Assembly: GCA_036555445.1 (NCBI GenBank)
Contig: DATBLH010000069.1
Span: 65,339-129,338, forward strand
DNA: 64,000 nucleotides
Source of the DNA: Candidatus Limnocylindrales bacterium
Lineage (GTDB): Bacteria > Chloroflexota > Limnocylindria > Limnocylindrales > CSP1-4
Direction of reading: 5' to 3'
Shown here: positions 28,139 through 36,836 of the stretch, piece by piece
Numbering within the stretch: the first letter of the stretch is position 1
How the letters are laid out: every line of letters begins with the position of its first letter
Made by a program: the position numbers and the translations under genes
Notes under the pieces: generated by a model
The model's database searches: none
What the model was told of the DNA's origin: nothing
Seen by the model: the letters and a program-made list of their open reading frames with translations, nothing else

Positions 28139-28612
28139 CTAGGAAACGGACGTGGTGTCCGTGGGCTCAGCCGTGGTCGTCGCCGGGTCGCCGGACTCGT
28201 GTCCGTCCTCGGTGTGCCCGTTCTCGCCCTGGGCGTCGCGCCGCAGCTCCTTGGCCACGACCCGTCCGCGTTCGGCGATCCGTGCACCGGCATGCTCGGT
28301 CGCGTCCGCGGCACGGTGGGCGATCGGCCCCGCCTTCTCGCCGGCGAGGGCTGCGAGCTCGGCGGCCTTGGCGCCGATCTCCCGGACCACCGGCGCGGCC
28401 TGAGATGCCAGACCCTCGATCATCGATTGGAGCTGTGCCAGCCATTCCGGGGCCTGCGACTGGGTCGCCGAATCGGTCGACCACGTCGGATCCGGTTCGG
28501 TCGACCTCGTCGTCGAGGCCGCCTGGGCGGACGCGGCGGATGGAGCGTCGTCGGGATCGCCAACCGGGCCGGCGGCCGGATCCGGTACCGACGCGGTGCG
28601 GGGTTCCTCCAT
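28139..28612 (-). CDS. Hypothetical acidic protein with low-complexity ends and a central amphipathic helix
   Basis: 157 aa, with AAGGAGG 6 nt before ATG 28612. A hand tally gives minus-frame third positions of roughly 80% G/C. No family recognised. Confidence 0.55.
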   Translation of the reverse strand: MEEPRTASVPDPAAGPVGDPDDAPSAASAQAASTTRSTEPDPTWSTDSATQSQAPEWLAQLQSMIEGLASQAAPVVREIGAKAAELAALAGEKAGPIAHRAADATEHAGARIAERGRVVAKELRRDAQGENGHTEDGHESGDPATTTAEPTDTTSVS

Positions 28613-28704
28613 GATCGGGCCTCCTTGCCTGCCTCCCCAGGTCCGGGGTCTACGTCCATTGTCCCCCCTTTCGCGGATCCCGACAGGCGCCGGGCGGTTG
28701 GCGA

Positions 28705-31197
28705 CTACAGGAGCGACTCCGGGTCGACATCGATCGCCCACGAGGTACCGAGGCCGTCGGCGACCATGGCCGCCGGATCGCGGCCACGGAGGATGACGTT
28801 CCACCGCCAGCGCTCCCCACGGCGGGCGATGTAGGCCGGTGCGGGACCGGTCACCGTGACGCCGGGATCCTGGCCGGCGGCCCGTTCTCGGAGTCGATCC
28901 GCCACGATGGCGGCCTCCCGCTCGGCCGCCGCCCGATCGGCCATCGACAGGGTGAGCTTGACCACGGATCCGAACGGCGGCGAGCCGAACCGCTCCCGCA
29001 TCGCGAGCTCGGTGTCGTAGAACGCCGTCGCATCGCCGGTCGCCACGGCCCGGATCGCCGGGTGCTGCGGCTGGTAGGTCTGGATGATCGCGTGGCCCTG
29101 CAGCTCCCCTCGGCCCGCCCGACCCACGGCCTGCGCGATCAGCTGGTACGTCCGCTCCGCCGCTCGCTCGTCGGGGAGATTCAGGGCGACGTCCGCGGAC
29201 ACGATGCCCACCAGGGTCACCCCGGGAACGTCGAGTGCCTTCGTTACCAGGCTGGTTCCGACGAGCACGTCGACGCGCCCGTCGCTGAATGCGTCGATGA
29301 CCCGGCTCGCCGCCCCACGCTTTTCGGCAACGTCGCGGTCGAGCCGGTCGACCCGGAGCGCCGGGAAGGCTTCCCGCAGCTCCCGCTCCAGGCGTTCCGT
29401 ACCGCCACCGAGGTACCGGATGCGGGGTGAGCCGCACACCGGGCAGCGAACCGCCGCCGGCCAGCCCCGCCCGCAGTGGTGACAGCGCAGCGATGTCCCG
29501 GCGTGGTGATAGACGAGCGGCCGGTCGCAGTCCGGACAGCCCTGGACGTGTCCGCAGTCCCGGCACACGACGACCGATGCCGTCCCGCGCCGGTTCATGA
29601 CCAGGATCGCCTGCTCGCCGTTGGCGGTGGCGAGGGACGCGATGGCTCCCCGGAGAGCGGCCGACAGGAGGCCGCGGTTGCCGGTCTGCAGCTCCTCCCG
29701 CAGGTCGACGACGTCGACGACCGGGGCGGCACCGATCGGCCTGCTCGGCAGGCGCACCCGACGGATCGCCCCCGTCCGCGCGCGCCACTCCGACTCCACG
29801 GAGGGTGTCGCGCTCCCCAGGACCAGCGCGGCCCCGGCCAGGCGGGCCAACCGGACCGCGACGTCGCGTGCCTGGAGCCGGGGCGTGCGGTCGCTCTTGT
29901 ACGCGGGGTCGTGCTCCTCGTCCACGATCACGAGTCCCACGTCGGGGAGGGGCGCCATGATCGCGAGCCGTGTGCCCACCACGATCTCGGCCTCTCCCGC
30001 CCGGATCCGGCGCCATTCGTCCGCACGCTCGCCATCCGCCAGGCCCGAATGGACGAGCGCGACGCGGGCGTCGAGATCTGCCCTGAGGCGATCCACGAGT
30101 GGCAGCGCGAGGGCGATCTCCGGCACCAGCAGCAGCGACCGCCGCCCGAGCTCGAGGGCCAGGCCGATCGCCTCGACGTAGACCGCGGTCTTGCCGCCAC
30201 CGGTGATGCCGTCGAGCAGGACCGGCGTCGGATCACCAGCGCCCAGGGCGCCACGGATCGTGGCGATGGCCTCGACCTGGGGCGGCGTGAGGACCGACCC
30301 CGTCGGTCGGCCACCTCGACGACCCGGGCGGCGGCTGCCCAGTGGTCGCCGCGGGCGTTCCCGGACCTCGACCGAGACGAGGCCGCGACGGGCGAGGCCG
30401 GCAAGCGCGGACGTCCCATGCCGTCCGCCGAGGTGCGCGGCGGAAAGCCCGGTTCGAGGCCCGAGCCGCAGCTCCTCGAGGGCGGCCACCTGGCGGGGGC
30501 CGAGCGGGCGTCCCCGCGGACGGTCCCCGGATGCCATCCCGTCGGCCGTCGTGCGACCGGGTCCGGTGAGGGTCAGCCAGCGCTCGAACCTCGGGCCCGC
30601 GCCGGCAGCCGTCAGGGTCCAGTCGAGCGCCACGAGACCGCGCTCTTCGAGCGAGCGCAGCCGGCGCAACAGGCCGGCCCGGCCCTCGGGCGTGGCCAGG
30701 GACCGGACCGGCGCCGGACCGTCCGCGAGCTGGTCGACCAGGTCGGCATCGATTGCCGCCAGATCGCCGGCCGCACCTCGATCGGGGCGCCCCTCCGCGA
30801 CCAGCTCCAGCCGCTCCAGCATCGCCGGCGGAAGGGCGGACCGGACGACCATCGAGGGTGGGGCGAGGTAGTGGCTCGCCACCTCCTGCACGAGCGCGAG
30901 CGTCAACTCCGGCAGCAGCGGGCCGTCGGAGCGGATCCGGTCGAGGACCGGCTTCGTGCCACCATCGCGTGCGACGGTGGCGTCGCCCAGCACGATTCCG
31001 AGCGCGCGGCGGCGGCCGAACTCGACGAGCACGGCCTCCCCCGCCTGGATGTCGGCGAGCGCGGCCGGCAGCGCGTAGGTATAGCTCCGCGAGCCCGCCG
31101 GTCCCGCGGCATCGATGGCGATCTCGACCAGCCGGTCCGGTCCCCCGACCGGATCGAGCGCCAGCTCGAGCGTCACACCCGGATGATCGGCGGTCAC
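28705..31197 (-). CDS. priA: Primosomal protein N' (replication restart helicase PriA)
   Basis: 830 aa with GITGGGKT Walker A, the DEEHD motif and the Cys-rich zinc module CRDCGHVQGCPDCDRPLVYH...CHHCG...CPVCG. Confidence 0.95.
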   Translation of the reverse strand: MTADHPGVTLELALDPVGGPDRLVEIAIDAAGPAGSRSYTYALPAALADIQAGEAVLVEFGRRRALGIVLGDATVARDGGTKPVLDRIRSDGPLLPELTLALVQEVASHYLAPPSMVVRSALPPAMLERLELVAEGRPDRGAAGDLAAIDADLVDQLADGPAPVRSLATPEGRAGLLRRLRSLEERGLVALDWTLTAAGAGPRFERWLTLTGPGRTTADGMASGDRPRGRPLGPRQVAALEELRLGPRTGLSAAHLGGRHGTSALAGLARRGLVSVEVRERPRRPLGSRRPGRRGGRPTGSVLTPPQVEAIATIRGALGAGDPTPVLLDGITGGGKTAVYVEAIGLALELGRRSLLLVPEIALALPLVDRLRADLDARVALVHSGLADGERADEWRRIRAGEAEIVVGTRLAIMAPLPDVGLVIVDEEHDPAYKSDRTPRLQARDVAVRLARLAGAALVLGSATPSVESEWRARTGAIRRVRLPSRPIGAAPVVDVVDLREELQTGNRGLLSAALRGAIASLATANGEQAILVMNRRGTASVVVCRDCGHVQGCPDCDRPLVYHHAGTSLRCHHCGRGWPAAVRCPVCGSPRIRYLGGGTERLERELREAFPALRVDRLDRDVAEKRGAASRVIDAFSDGRVDVLVGTSLVTKALDVPGVTLVGIVSADVALNLPDERAAERTYQLIAQAVGRAGRGELQGHAIIQTYQPQHPAIRAVATGDATAFYDTELAMRERFGSPPFGSVVKLTLSMADRAAAEREAAIVADRLRERAAGQDPGVTVTGPAPAYIARRGERWRWNVILRGRDPAAMVADGLGTSWAIDVDPESLL

Positions 31198-31242
31198 CGC
31201 GTCAGCTCGCCTGACACGACCCGGCCGTCCTTCCCGATCCGG

Positions 31243-31881
31243 TCAGACCCGAACGCGGCGGTCGGGGTGGCGTCGCTTCTCCTGCGCGATCAGGGCCTCG
31301 ATCTCGGCGGCCGTCCGATCGACCTGCCCGGTCTCGTTGACGACGACGTGGTCGTAGTCGCCCTGGCGGGCAAGCTCGATTGCGGCATTGCGCTGTCGGA
31401 GCTCGAGCTCGTCGGCGGTCTCCGTGGCCCGCGAACGGAGCCGCTGGAACAGCGCCTCCATCGACGGCGGCACGATGAAGATGAGGAGCGCATCCGGGAC
31501 CGCCCCCTTCACGGCCTGGGCGCCCTGGACGTCGATCTTGAGGATGATGTCGCGACCCGCGGCGAGGGCCATGCCGACCTGTTCCCGTGGCGTGCCGTAC
31601 CACTGGTCGTGGACCTGGTTCGCCTCGAGCAGCTCCCCACGTTCGCGCATCACCGCGAACCGATCCCGGGTGACGAAGTGATAGCTCTCGCCATCGACCT
31701 CGCCCGGCCGGCGTGCCCGGGTGGTGCAGGTCACCACGAAGTGATAGTTGGTCCCCGTCTTCCGATCCCGGAGGGTCTGGATGATCGTGTCCTTCCCCAC
31801 CCCCGACGGACCGGAGATGATCGCGAGGACCGATCCCGGAGCTCCGAGCCACTCGACCGGGCGGTCCGTTTCGCCGGTCAC
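31243..31881 (-). CDS. gmk: Guanylate kinase
   Basis: ISGPSGVGKDT...YHFV...WYGT. Confidence 0.95.
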   Translation of the reverse strand: MTGETDRPVEWLGAPGSVLAIISGPSGVGKDTIIQTLRDRKTGTNYHFVVTCTTRARRPGEVDGESYHFVTRDRFAVMRERGELLEANQVHDQWYGTPREQVGMALAAGRDIILKIDVQGAQAVKGAVPDALLIFIVPPSMEALFQRLRSRATETADELELRQRNAAIELARQGDYDHVVVNETGQVDRTAAEIEALIAQEKRRHPDRRVRV

Positions 31882-32858
31882 CGCGCACGACCGCCGTCGG
31901 TAAGCCGTCGCTCGCCACCCCTGAGGCCGTCGAGGACCCGCTCGAGCGCCTCGGGCAGGCGTGCTTCGACACGGATCAGGTCTCCCCGTGACGGTGACGC
32001 GAGCTCCAGCCGCCAGGCGTGGAGGAAGAGGCGGGTAAGGCCGTCGGGGCCGCGCCGCGAGGTGCCGGTACCGTAGACCGGGTCTCCGGCGACGGGGTGG
32101 CCGATCGCGTCGAGATGGACGCGGATCTGATGCGTTCGCCCCGTGACGAGGTCCAGCTCCAGCAGCGTCCAGCCTGCGAATCGCTCGCGGACGCGATACC
32201 CGGTCACCGCGGGTCGACCGTCCGGGACCACCCCCATCCGCGTGCGGTGACGCGGATCCCGCCCGATTGGGGCCTCGATCCGCCCGACGGCCGCGGCCAC
32301 CGAACCGGCGACGAGGGCGAGATAGGTCTTCTTGATCCGCCGCGCCTTGAGCTGCGTCATCAGCGACCCCTGGGCGCGGTCGGTCCGGGCGACCATGAGC
32401 AGGCCACTCGTGTCGCGATCCAGCCGGTGGACGATCCCGGGCCGCGCCACGCCGGCGATCCCCCCGTAGGTCTCCGGCCCAGCGTGGGCAATGAGGGCAT
32501 TGACCAGCGTGTCCGACGCGTGGCCGGGGGCAGGATGCACGACCAGGCCGGCCGGTTTGTCGACGATGAGCAGGTCCTCGTCTTCGTAGACGATCGGAAC
32601 GTCGATGTCGGGCGCCGGCACGATCCCGGGGGCTTCCGGCTCGGGTACCTCGAGCACGAGCTCGGCGCCTCCCTCGACCAGCGCGTTCGCCCGGAGCGGC
32701 TCCCCGTCCCGGGTCAATCGACCCGCGGCGATATGGCGCTGGACATGGCTGCGGGAAAGGCCGGTGAGGTCCGCGACGACGCGATCGACGCGCACGGGAC
32801 GGCCGCCGGCCGGAACGACGATCCGGTGCACGTCGAGTCCGGGGACCGGCTCAGGCAT
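31878..32858 (-). CDS. rluD: RluA-family 23S rRNA pseudouridine synthase (RluD-like)
   Basis: Has an S4 N-terminus and the HRLDRDTSGLLMVA catalytic motif, and follows lspA as in many genomes. Confidence 0.9.
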   Translation of the reverse strand: MPEPVPGLDVHRIVVPAGGRPVRVDRVVADLTGLSRSHVQRHIAAGRLTRDGEPLRANALVEGGAELVLEVPEPEAPGIVPAPDIDVPIVYEDEDLLIVDKPAGLVVHPAPGHASDTLVNALIAHAGPETYGGIAGVARPGIVHRLDRDTSGLLMVARTDRAQGSLMTQLKARRIKKTYLALVAGSVAAAVGRIEAPIGRDPRHRTRMGVVPDGRPAVTGYRVRERFAGWTLLELDLVTGRTHQIRVHLDAIGHPVAGDPVYGTGTSRRGPDGLTRLFLHAWRLELASPSRGDLIRVEARLPEALERVLDGLRGGERRLTDGGRAR

Positions 32859-33435
32859 CGTCGGCCGGATGCGTGGAGGCGGGGCCCGACAGCGCAGGCG
32901 CCCGGGACGGACGCGCGAGCGAGGGAAACAGTCCGACGAGGATCAGCAGCAGCAGGGCGGCGCTGATCGCCGAGTCGGCGACATTGAACGTGTAGAAGCG
33001 GAGACTGCCGATCCCGGCATCCACGAAGTCCACGACATGGCCGAGTCGAACCCGGTCGGCGAGATTGCCGATCGCGCCGCCGAGGAGCAGGCCCAGCGCG
33101 AGGGTCATCACCGGGCTCCGGCCGGATCGGCCGTGGAACCACGCGATGAGGCCGATCACACCGAGCGACACCGCCGCGAAAAGGGGTGCCTGATCGCGAA
33201 ACAGGCCGAACACCGCACCCGTGTTGCGCGAATGGACGAGCCGCAGCCAGTCTCCGAGAACCTCCACCGATTCCCCCGGCGCGAGCGTGGACACCAGCCA
33301 GGCCTTGGTCAGCTGGTCGGCGACGACGACGGCCGCGGCGATGGCCACGAACGGTGCCCAGAGCGGGCTGCCGGCGTCGCCCGCGCCGACGACATCGTCC
33401 GGATCGGACCCGCCCGCTACCCGATCGCCCGCCAC
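32851..33435 (-). CDS. lspA: Lipoprotein signal peptidase (signal peptidase II)
   Basis: NTGAVFGLF...FNVADSAI, with 4 hydrophobic segments. Confidence 0.9.
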   Translation of the reverse strand: MAGDRVAGGSDPDDVVGAGDAGSPLWAPFVAIAAAVVVADQLTKAWLVSTLAPGESVEVLGDWLRLVHSRNTGAVFGLFRDQAPLFAAVSLGVIGLIAWFHGRSGRSPVMTLALGLLLGGAIGNLADRVRLGHVVDFVDAGIGSLRFYTFNVADSAISAALLLLILVGLFPSLARPSRAPALSGPASTHPADDA

Positions 33436-33438
33436 GCC

Positions 33439-36400
33439 CTAGCCACTCCCGGAGACGCGGCGGAGGACGATCGTCACGGTGCCCGAGCTGAGCTGGACCT
33501 GCGAACGGGCAGCCCCGGCACCCTCGGGCGCGTCGCCCGTCGCGATCCGATCGGCGAGCGTGTCGGCGGCAACCGGGTCGAGACCGTGGGAAAGACCCGC
33601 GGGCAGGTCTCCGAGCCAGACCTCGATGCGATCGTCGAGCGCCAGCTCCGCCTCGCGCCGGAGGTCCTGGATCGCGCGCGTGAGCTCCCGCAGATCGCCC
33701 TCGGCCTGGAGCTCCGGGGTGATCGCGGTGTCGATGACGACGACCAGGCCCTCGTCGGCGGCGACGGCGGTCCCCGGGCGAGCCGACGCGAGCACTTCGA
33801 CCTCGTCCGGGGCGAGGATCACCCCCGCCAACGCCACCGAGCCATCCGGGCGGATCTCGAACCGTCCCTCGCGGGCCGCAGCCATGACGTCCGGGATGCG
33901 CGGCCCCAGCTTGCGGCCGATCACCGGCAGCAGCGGCTTCACCCGCCGTTCGACGAGCTCGGAGTCGTCGTCGATCAGCTCCACCGCCTTGACGTTGACC
34001 TCCTCACCGATCAGCGACAGCAGCGCGTCCCGCTCGTGGAGCGCACCGTTGCCACCGGGGAGCGCGAGCCACATCCGGCCCAGTGGCTGCCGGACCTTGA
34101 GACCGGCGGTGCCTCGAAGCGTCCGGGCGAGCTCGACTGCCCCGCGCGCCGTCGCCATCGCACCCTCGAGGGGCTCGGTCCGGAGGTCCGCCAGCTCGCC
34201 CGAGGGCCAGCGGGTGAGGTGGACGGAATCCGGGGCCGTCGTGTCCTGGGTCGCGACCAGGTTGCCGTAGATCGTGTCGGCCAGGAACGGCAGGATCGGG
34301 GCCAGGACTCGCGCCAGGGCGCCGAGGACCGCGTGGAGGGTCGCGAATGCGGCGGCGCGATCGCGCGCGTCCTCGTTGCGGCGCATCCGCTCGCGCGACA
34401 GCCGCAGGTACCAGGTCGACAGATCCTCGATGAACGTATCGATCAGTCGCGTCGCACCCAGGGCGTCGTAGTCGGTGAGGCGCTCCTCGGTCGCTGCGGC
34501 GAGGGCCGCCATCCTGGACAGGATCCAGCGATCGAGGGGCGGTCTGTCATCGGGTGGCGGCGCATCCTCGGCGGGCGTCCAGCCGGCGAGATTCGCGTAG
34601 GTCGCGAAGAACGCATAGACGTTCCACAGCACGAGCAATCGCTTCCGCGCGTCGTCGGCGGCGTGCCATCCGAAGCGGATGTTGTCGTCCGGTCGGGCCG
34701 CCATGTACAGCCAGCGCATCACGTCCACGCCCATCCGCTCGGCCGCTTCGTCGAACTCGATCGCATTGCCCCAGCTCTTGTGCATCGGCCGGCCGTCCTC
34801 GCCCAGGAGGAGGGCGTACCCGAAGATCGTCTTGAACGGAGGCTCGCGGCGAAGCACGGTTCCCATCGCCAGCATCGCGTAGAACCAGTTGCGGAACTGG
34901 CCGGGGAAGCTCTCGGTGATGAAGTCGGCCGGATACCACTGCTGCCAGTACTCCGGCTCCTCGCGGAAGTGGAGCGTGGAGAACGGCACGATCCCGGCGT
35001 CGAGCCACGGGTTGCCGACGTCGAGAATCCGATCCACCGGCGCGCCGCACCCCGGGCAGGCGATCTTCACAGCGTCGACCCACGGTCGGTGGGGTGTGTG
35101 CCCCGCGAACGTCTCCCAGCCCTCGACGGCGCGCTCGGCGAGCTCGGTCCGGCCGCCGACCACGTCGAACGTCCCGCACGCCTGGCAGTCATAGATCGGC
35201 AGCGCCAGTCCCCAGTAGCGCTTCTTCGAGATCATCCAGTCGTGCATGTCGCGGAGCCAGATCAGCTCGCGGTCGTAGCCGAACTCCGGGATCCACCGGA
35301 TCTGGTCCACGACCTCCATGATCTGGTAGCGGAGGCTGCGGTCGACCTCCTCCCGCGTCAGCTCCTCGCGAGGTTTGTCGTAGACCTCGCCCATGCTGAT
35401 GAACCACTCGTCCACGAGCCGGAACACGAGCGGGGTGCCGCATCGCCAGCAATGCGGATAGCGGTGGGTGTACACCTCGAGCCGGTGAAACAGCCCGTCC
35501 TGTTTCAGGTGGTCCACGATCGGCTCGGTCACGTCCCGGACGTCACGGGCGGTGAGGAAGCCGAAGCCGTCGACGACGATCCCCGACTCGTCGAGCGGTG
35601 CGATGACCGGTAGCCCCAGCCGCTTCCCGAGCTGGTAGTCCTCGGCGCCGCAGCCGGGAGCGATATGGACGATCCCCGTCCCCTCCTCCTCGCCGACCTC
35701 CTCCCAGGCGACCACGCGATGCTCGTAGGTGCCGTCCTCGTCCGAGCGCTTCCCGCCGCCGGCCTTGTCGGCTCCCGGAGCGAACGCCGCGCGGACGGCC
35801 GGCAGCTCGTCGAACGGGCCCTGGTAGCGCCAGCCCACCAGGTCGCGGCCCTTCCGTTCCTCGAGGACCTCGAACGTGCCGGCGAGCGCCTGCTTCAGCG
35901 TCCCCTTCCCCAGCCACAGCTCATGCTCGCCCTGCCGGACGCGGACGTAGTCGAGGTCGTCACCGACCGCGGCTGCGACATTCGACGTCAGCGTCCAGGG
36001 CGTCGTCGTCCATACGAGGAGCGACTCGCCGGGCCGGTCGAGGAGCGGGAAGCGGACGGTGAGTCCTGGGTCGTCGCGGTCCTGGTAGCCCTCGTTCATC
36101 TCCATCTGCGAGAGCCCGGTGCCGCAGCGGGCGCACCAGGGCATCGAGTCGTGGCCCTTGTAGATCCAGCCGCGCTTGTGGCACTCGGCCAGGAAGCCCC
36201 AGATCAGGTCGTTGTTCTCGTTGCTGAATGTGAAGTAGCTGCCGCCCAGTTCTGGCATCCCCAGCCGGCCGACGATCATCTCCACGGTGTCGGTGACCGG
36301 CCCGGCCGGCCCCTCCACCGTGATCACCTGGGATGGGTCCTCGGCGAGCTGGTCGCGCAGCCGACGCAGGTCGTCGGGATCGTTCCAGTCCATCCAGTAC

Positions 36401-36816
36401 CCGAGCCGGATCGATTGCTCCGTCTGGCGGGCGGCGAACGTCAGCACCCGCTGCTTGCACAGCGACACGAACTCGGCGATCCCGTAGGCCTCGATATCCC
36501 GCTTGGAGGTGAAGCCGAGGTCGCGCTCGACGTTGACCTCGACCCACAGTCCCTGGCAGTCGAACCCGTTCTGCCAGCGCTCGTCGTAGCCCTGCATCGC
36601 GCGGAAACGGCAGAAGACGTCCTTGTACGTTCGGCCCCACGCGTGATGGACGCCCATCGGGTTGTTGGCGGTGATCGGTCCGTCGAGGAACGACCACCGC
36701 GGACCGCCCGCGTTCTGGGCCCGGAGACGAGCGAATGTCCGTCGCTCCTGCCACTGGTCCAGCAGCTCGTGCTCGTGGGCGACGAAGGCTGGCTTCGCAG
36801 AGACGGGCTGGAACAT
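33439..36816 (-). CDS. ileS: Isoleucine--tRNA ligase (long type-2 form)
   Basis: 1125 aa with the NPMGVHHAWGR HIGH-like motif and a PMHKSWGN KMSKS-like motif. The editing domain is present. Confidence 0.95.
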   Translation of the reverse strand: MFQPVSAKPAFVAHEHELLDQWQERRTFARLRAQNAGGPRWSFLDGPITANNPMGVHHAWGRTYKDVFCRFRAMQGYDERWQNGFDCQGLWVEVNVERDLGFTSKRDIEAYGIAEFVSLCKQRVLTFAARQTEQSIRLGYWMDWNDPDDLRRLRDQLAEDPSQVITVEGPAGPVTDTVEMIVGRLGMPELGGSYFTFSNENNDLIWGFLAECHKRGWIYKGHDSMPWCARCGTGLSQMEMNEGYQDRDDPGLTVRFPLLDRPGESLLVWTTTPWTLTSNVAAAVGDDLDYVRVRQGEHELWLGKGTLKQALAGTFEVLEERKGRDLVGWRYQGPFDELPAVRAAFAPGADKAGGGKRSDEDGTYEHRVVAWEEVGEEEGTGIVHIAPGCGAEDYQLGKRLGLPVIAPLDESGIVVDGFGFLTARDVRDVTEPIVDHLKQDGLFHRLEVYTHRYPHCWRCGTPLVFRLVDEWFISMGEVYDKPREELTREEVDRSLRYQIMEVVDQIRWIPEFGYDRELIWLRDMHDWMISKKRYWGLALPIYDCQACGTFDVVGGRTELAERAVEGWETFAGHTPHRPWVDAVKIACPGCGAPVDRILDVGNPWLDAGIVPFSTLHFREEPEYWQQWYPADFITESFPGQFRNWFYAMLAMGTVLRREPPFKTIFGYALLLGEDGRPMHKSWGNAIEFDEAAERMGVDVMRWLYMAARPDDNIRFGWHAADDARKRLLVLWNVYAFFATYANLAGWTPAEDAPPPDDRPPLDRWILSRMAALAAATEERLTDYDALGATRLIDTFIEDLSTWYLRLSRERMRRNEDARDRAAAFATLHAVLGALARVLAPILPFLADTIYGNLVATQDTTAPDSVHLTRWPSGELADLRTEPLEGAMATARGAVELARTLRGTAGLKVRQPLGRMWLALPGGNGALHERDALLSLIGEEVNVKAVELIDDDSELVERRVKPLLPVIGRKLGPRIPDVMAAAREGRFEIRPDGSVALAGVILAPDEVEVLASARPGTAVAADEGLVVVIDTAITPELQAEGDLRELTRAIQDLRREAELALDDRIEVWLGDLPAGLSHGLDPVAADTLADRIATGDAPEGAGAARSQVQLSSGTVTIVLRRVSGSG

Positions 36817-36823
36817 CGGGCCG

Positions 36824-36830
36824 TATCCTA
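36824..36830. promoter_or_regulatory. Overlapping divergent -10 boxes: TATCCT (+, LCP gene) and TAGGAT (-, ileS)
   Basis: The ileS-LCP intergenic region is only 20 nt. TATCCT lies 7 nt before ATG 36837, and TAGGAT on the other strand lies 8 nt before ATG 36816. Confidence 0.4.
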
Positions 36831-36836
36831 CCCGCG

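Noticed and set aside
36817-36836. A T-box or other riboswitch leader upstream of ileS.
   Set aside because: Only 20 nt separate ileS from the divergent LCP start, so there is no space for a leader RNA.
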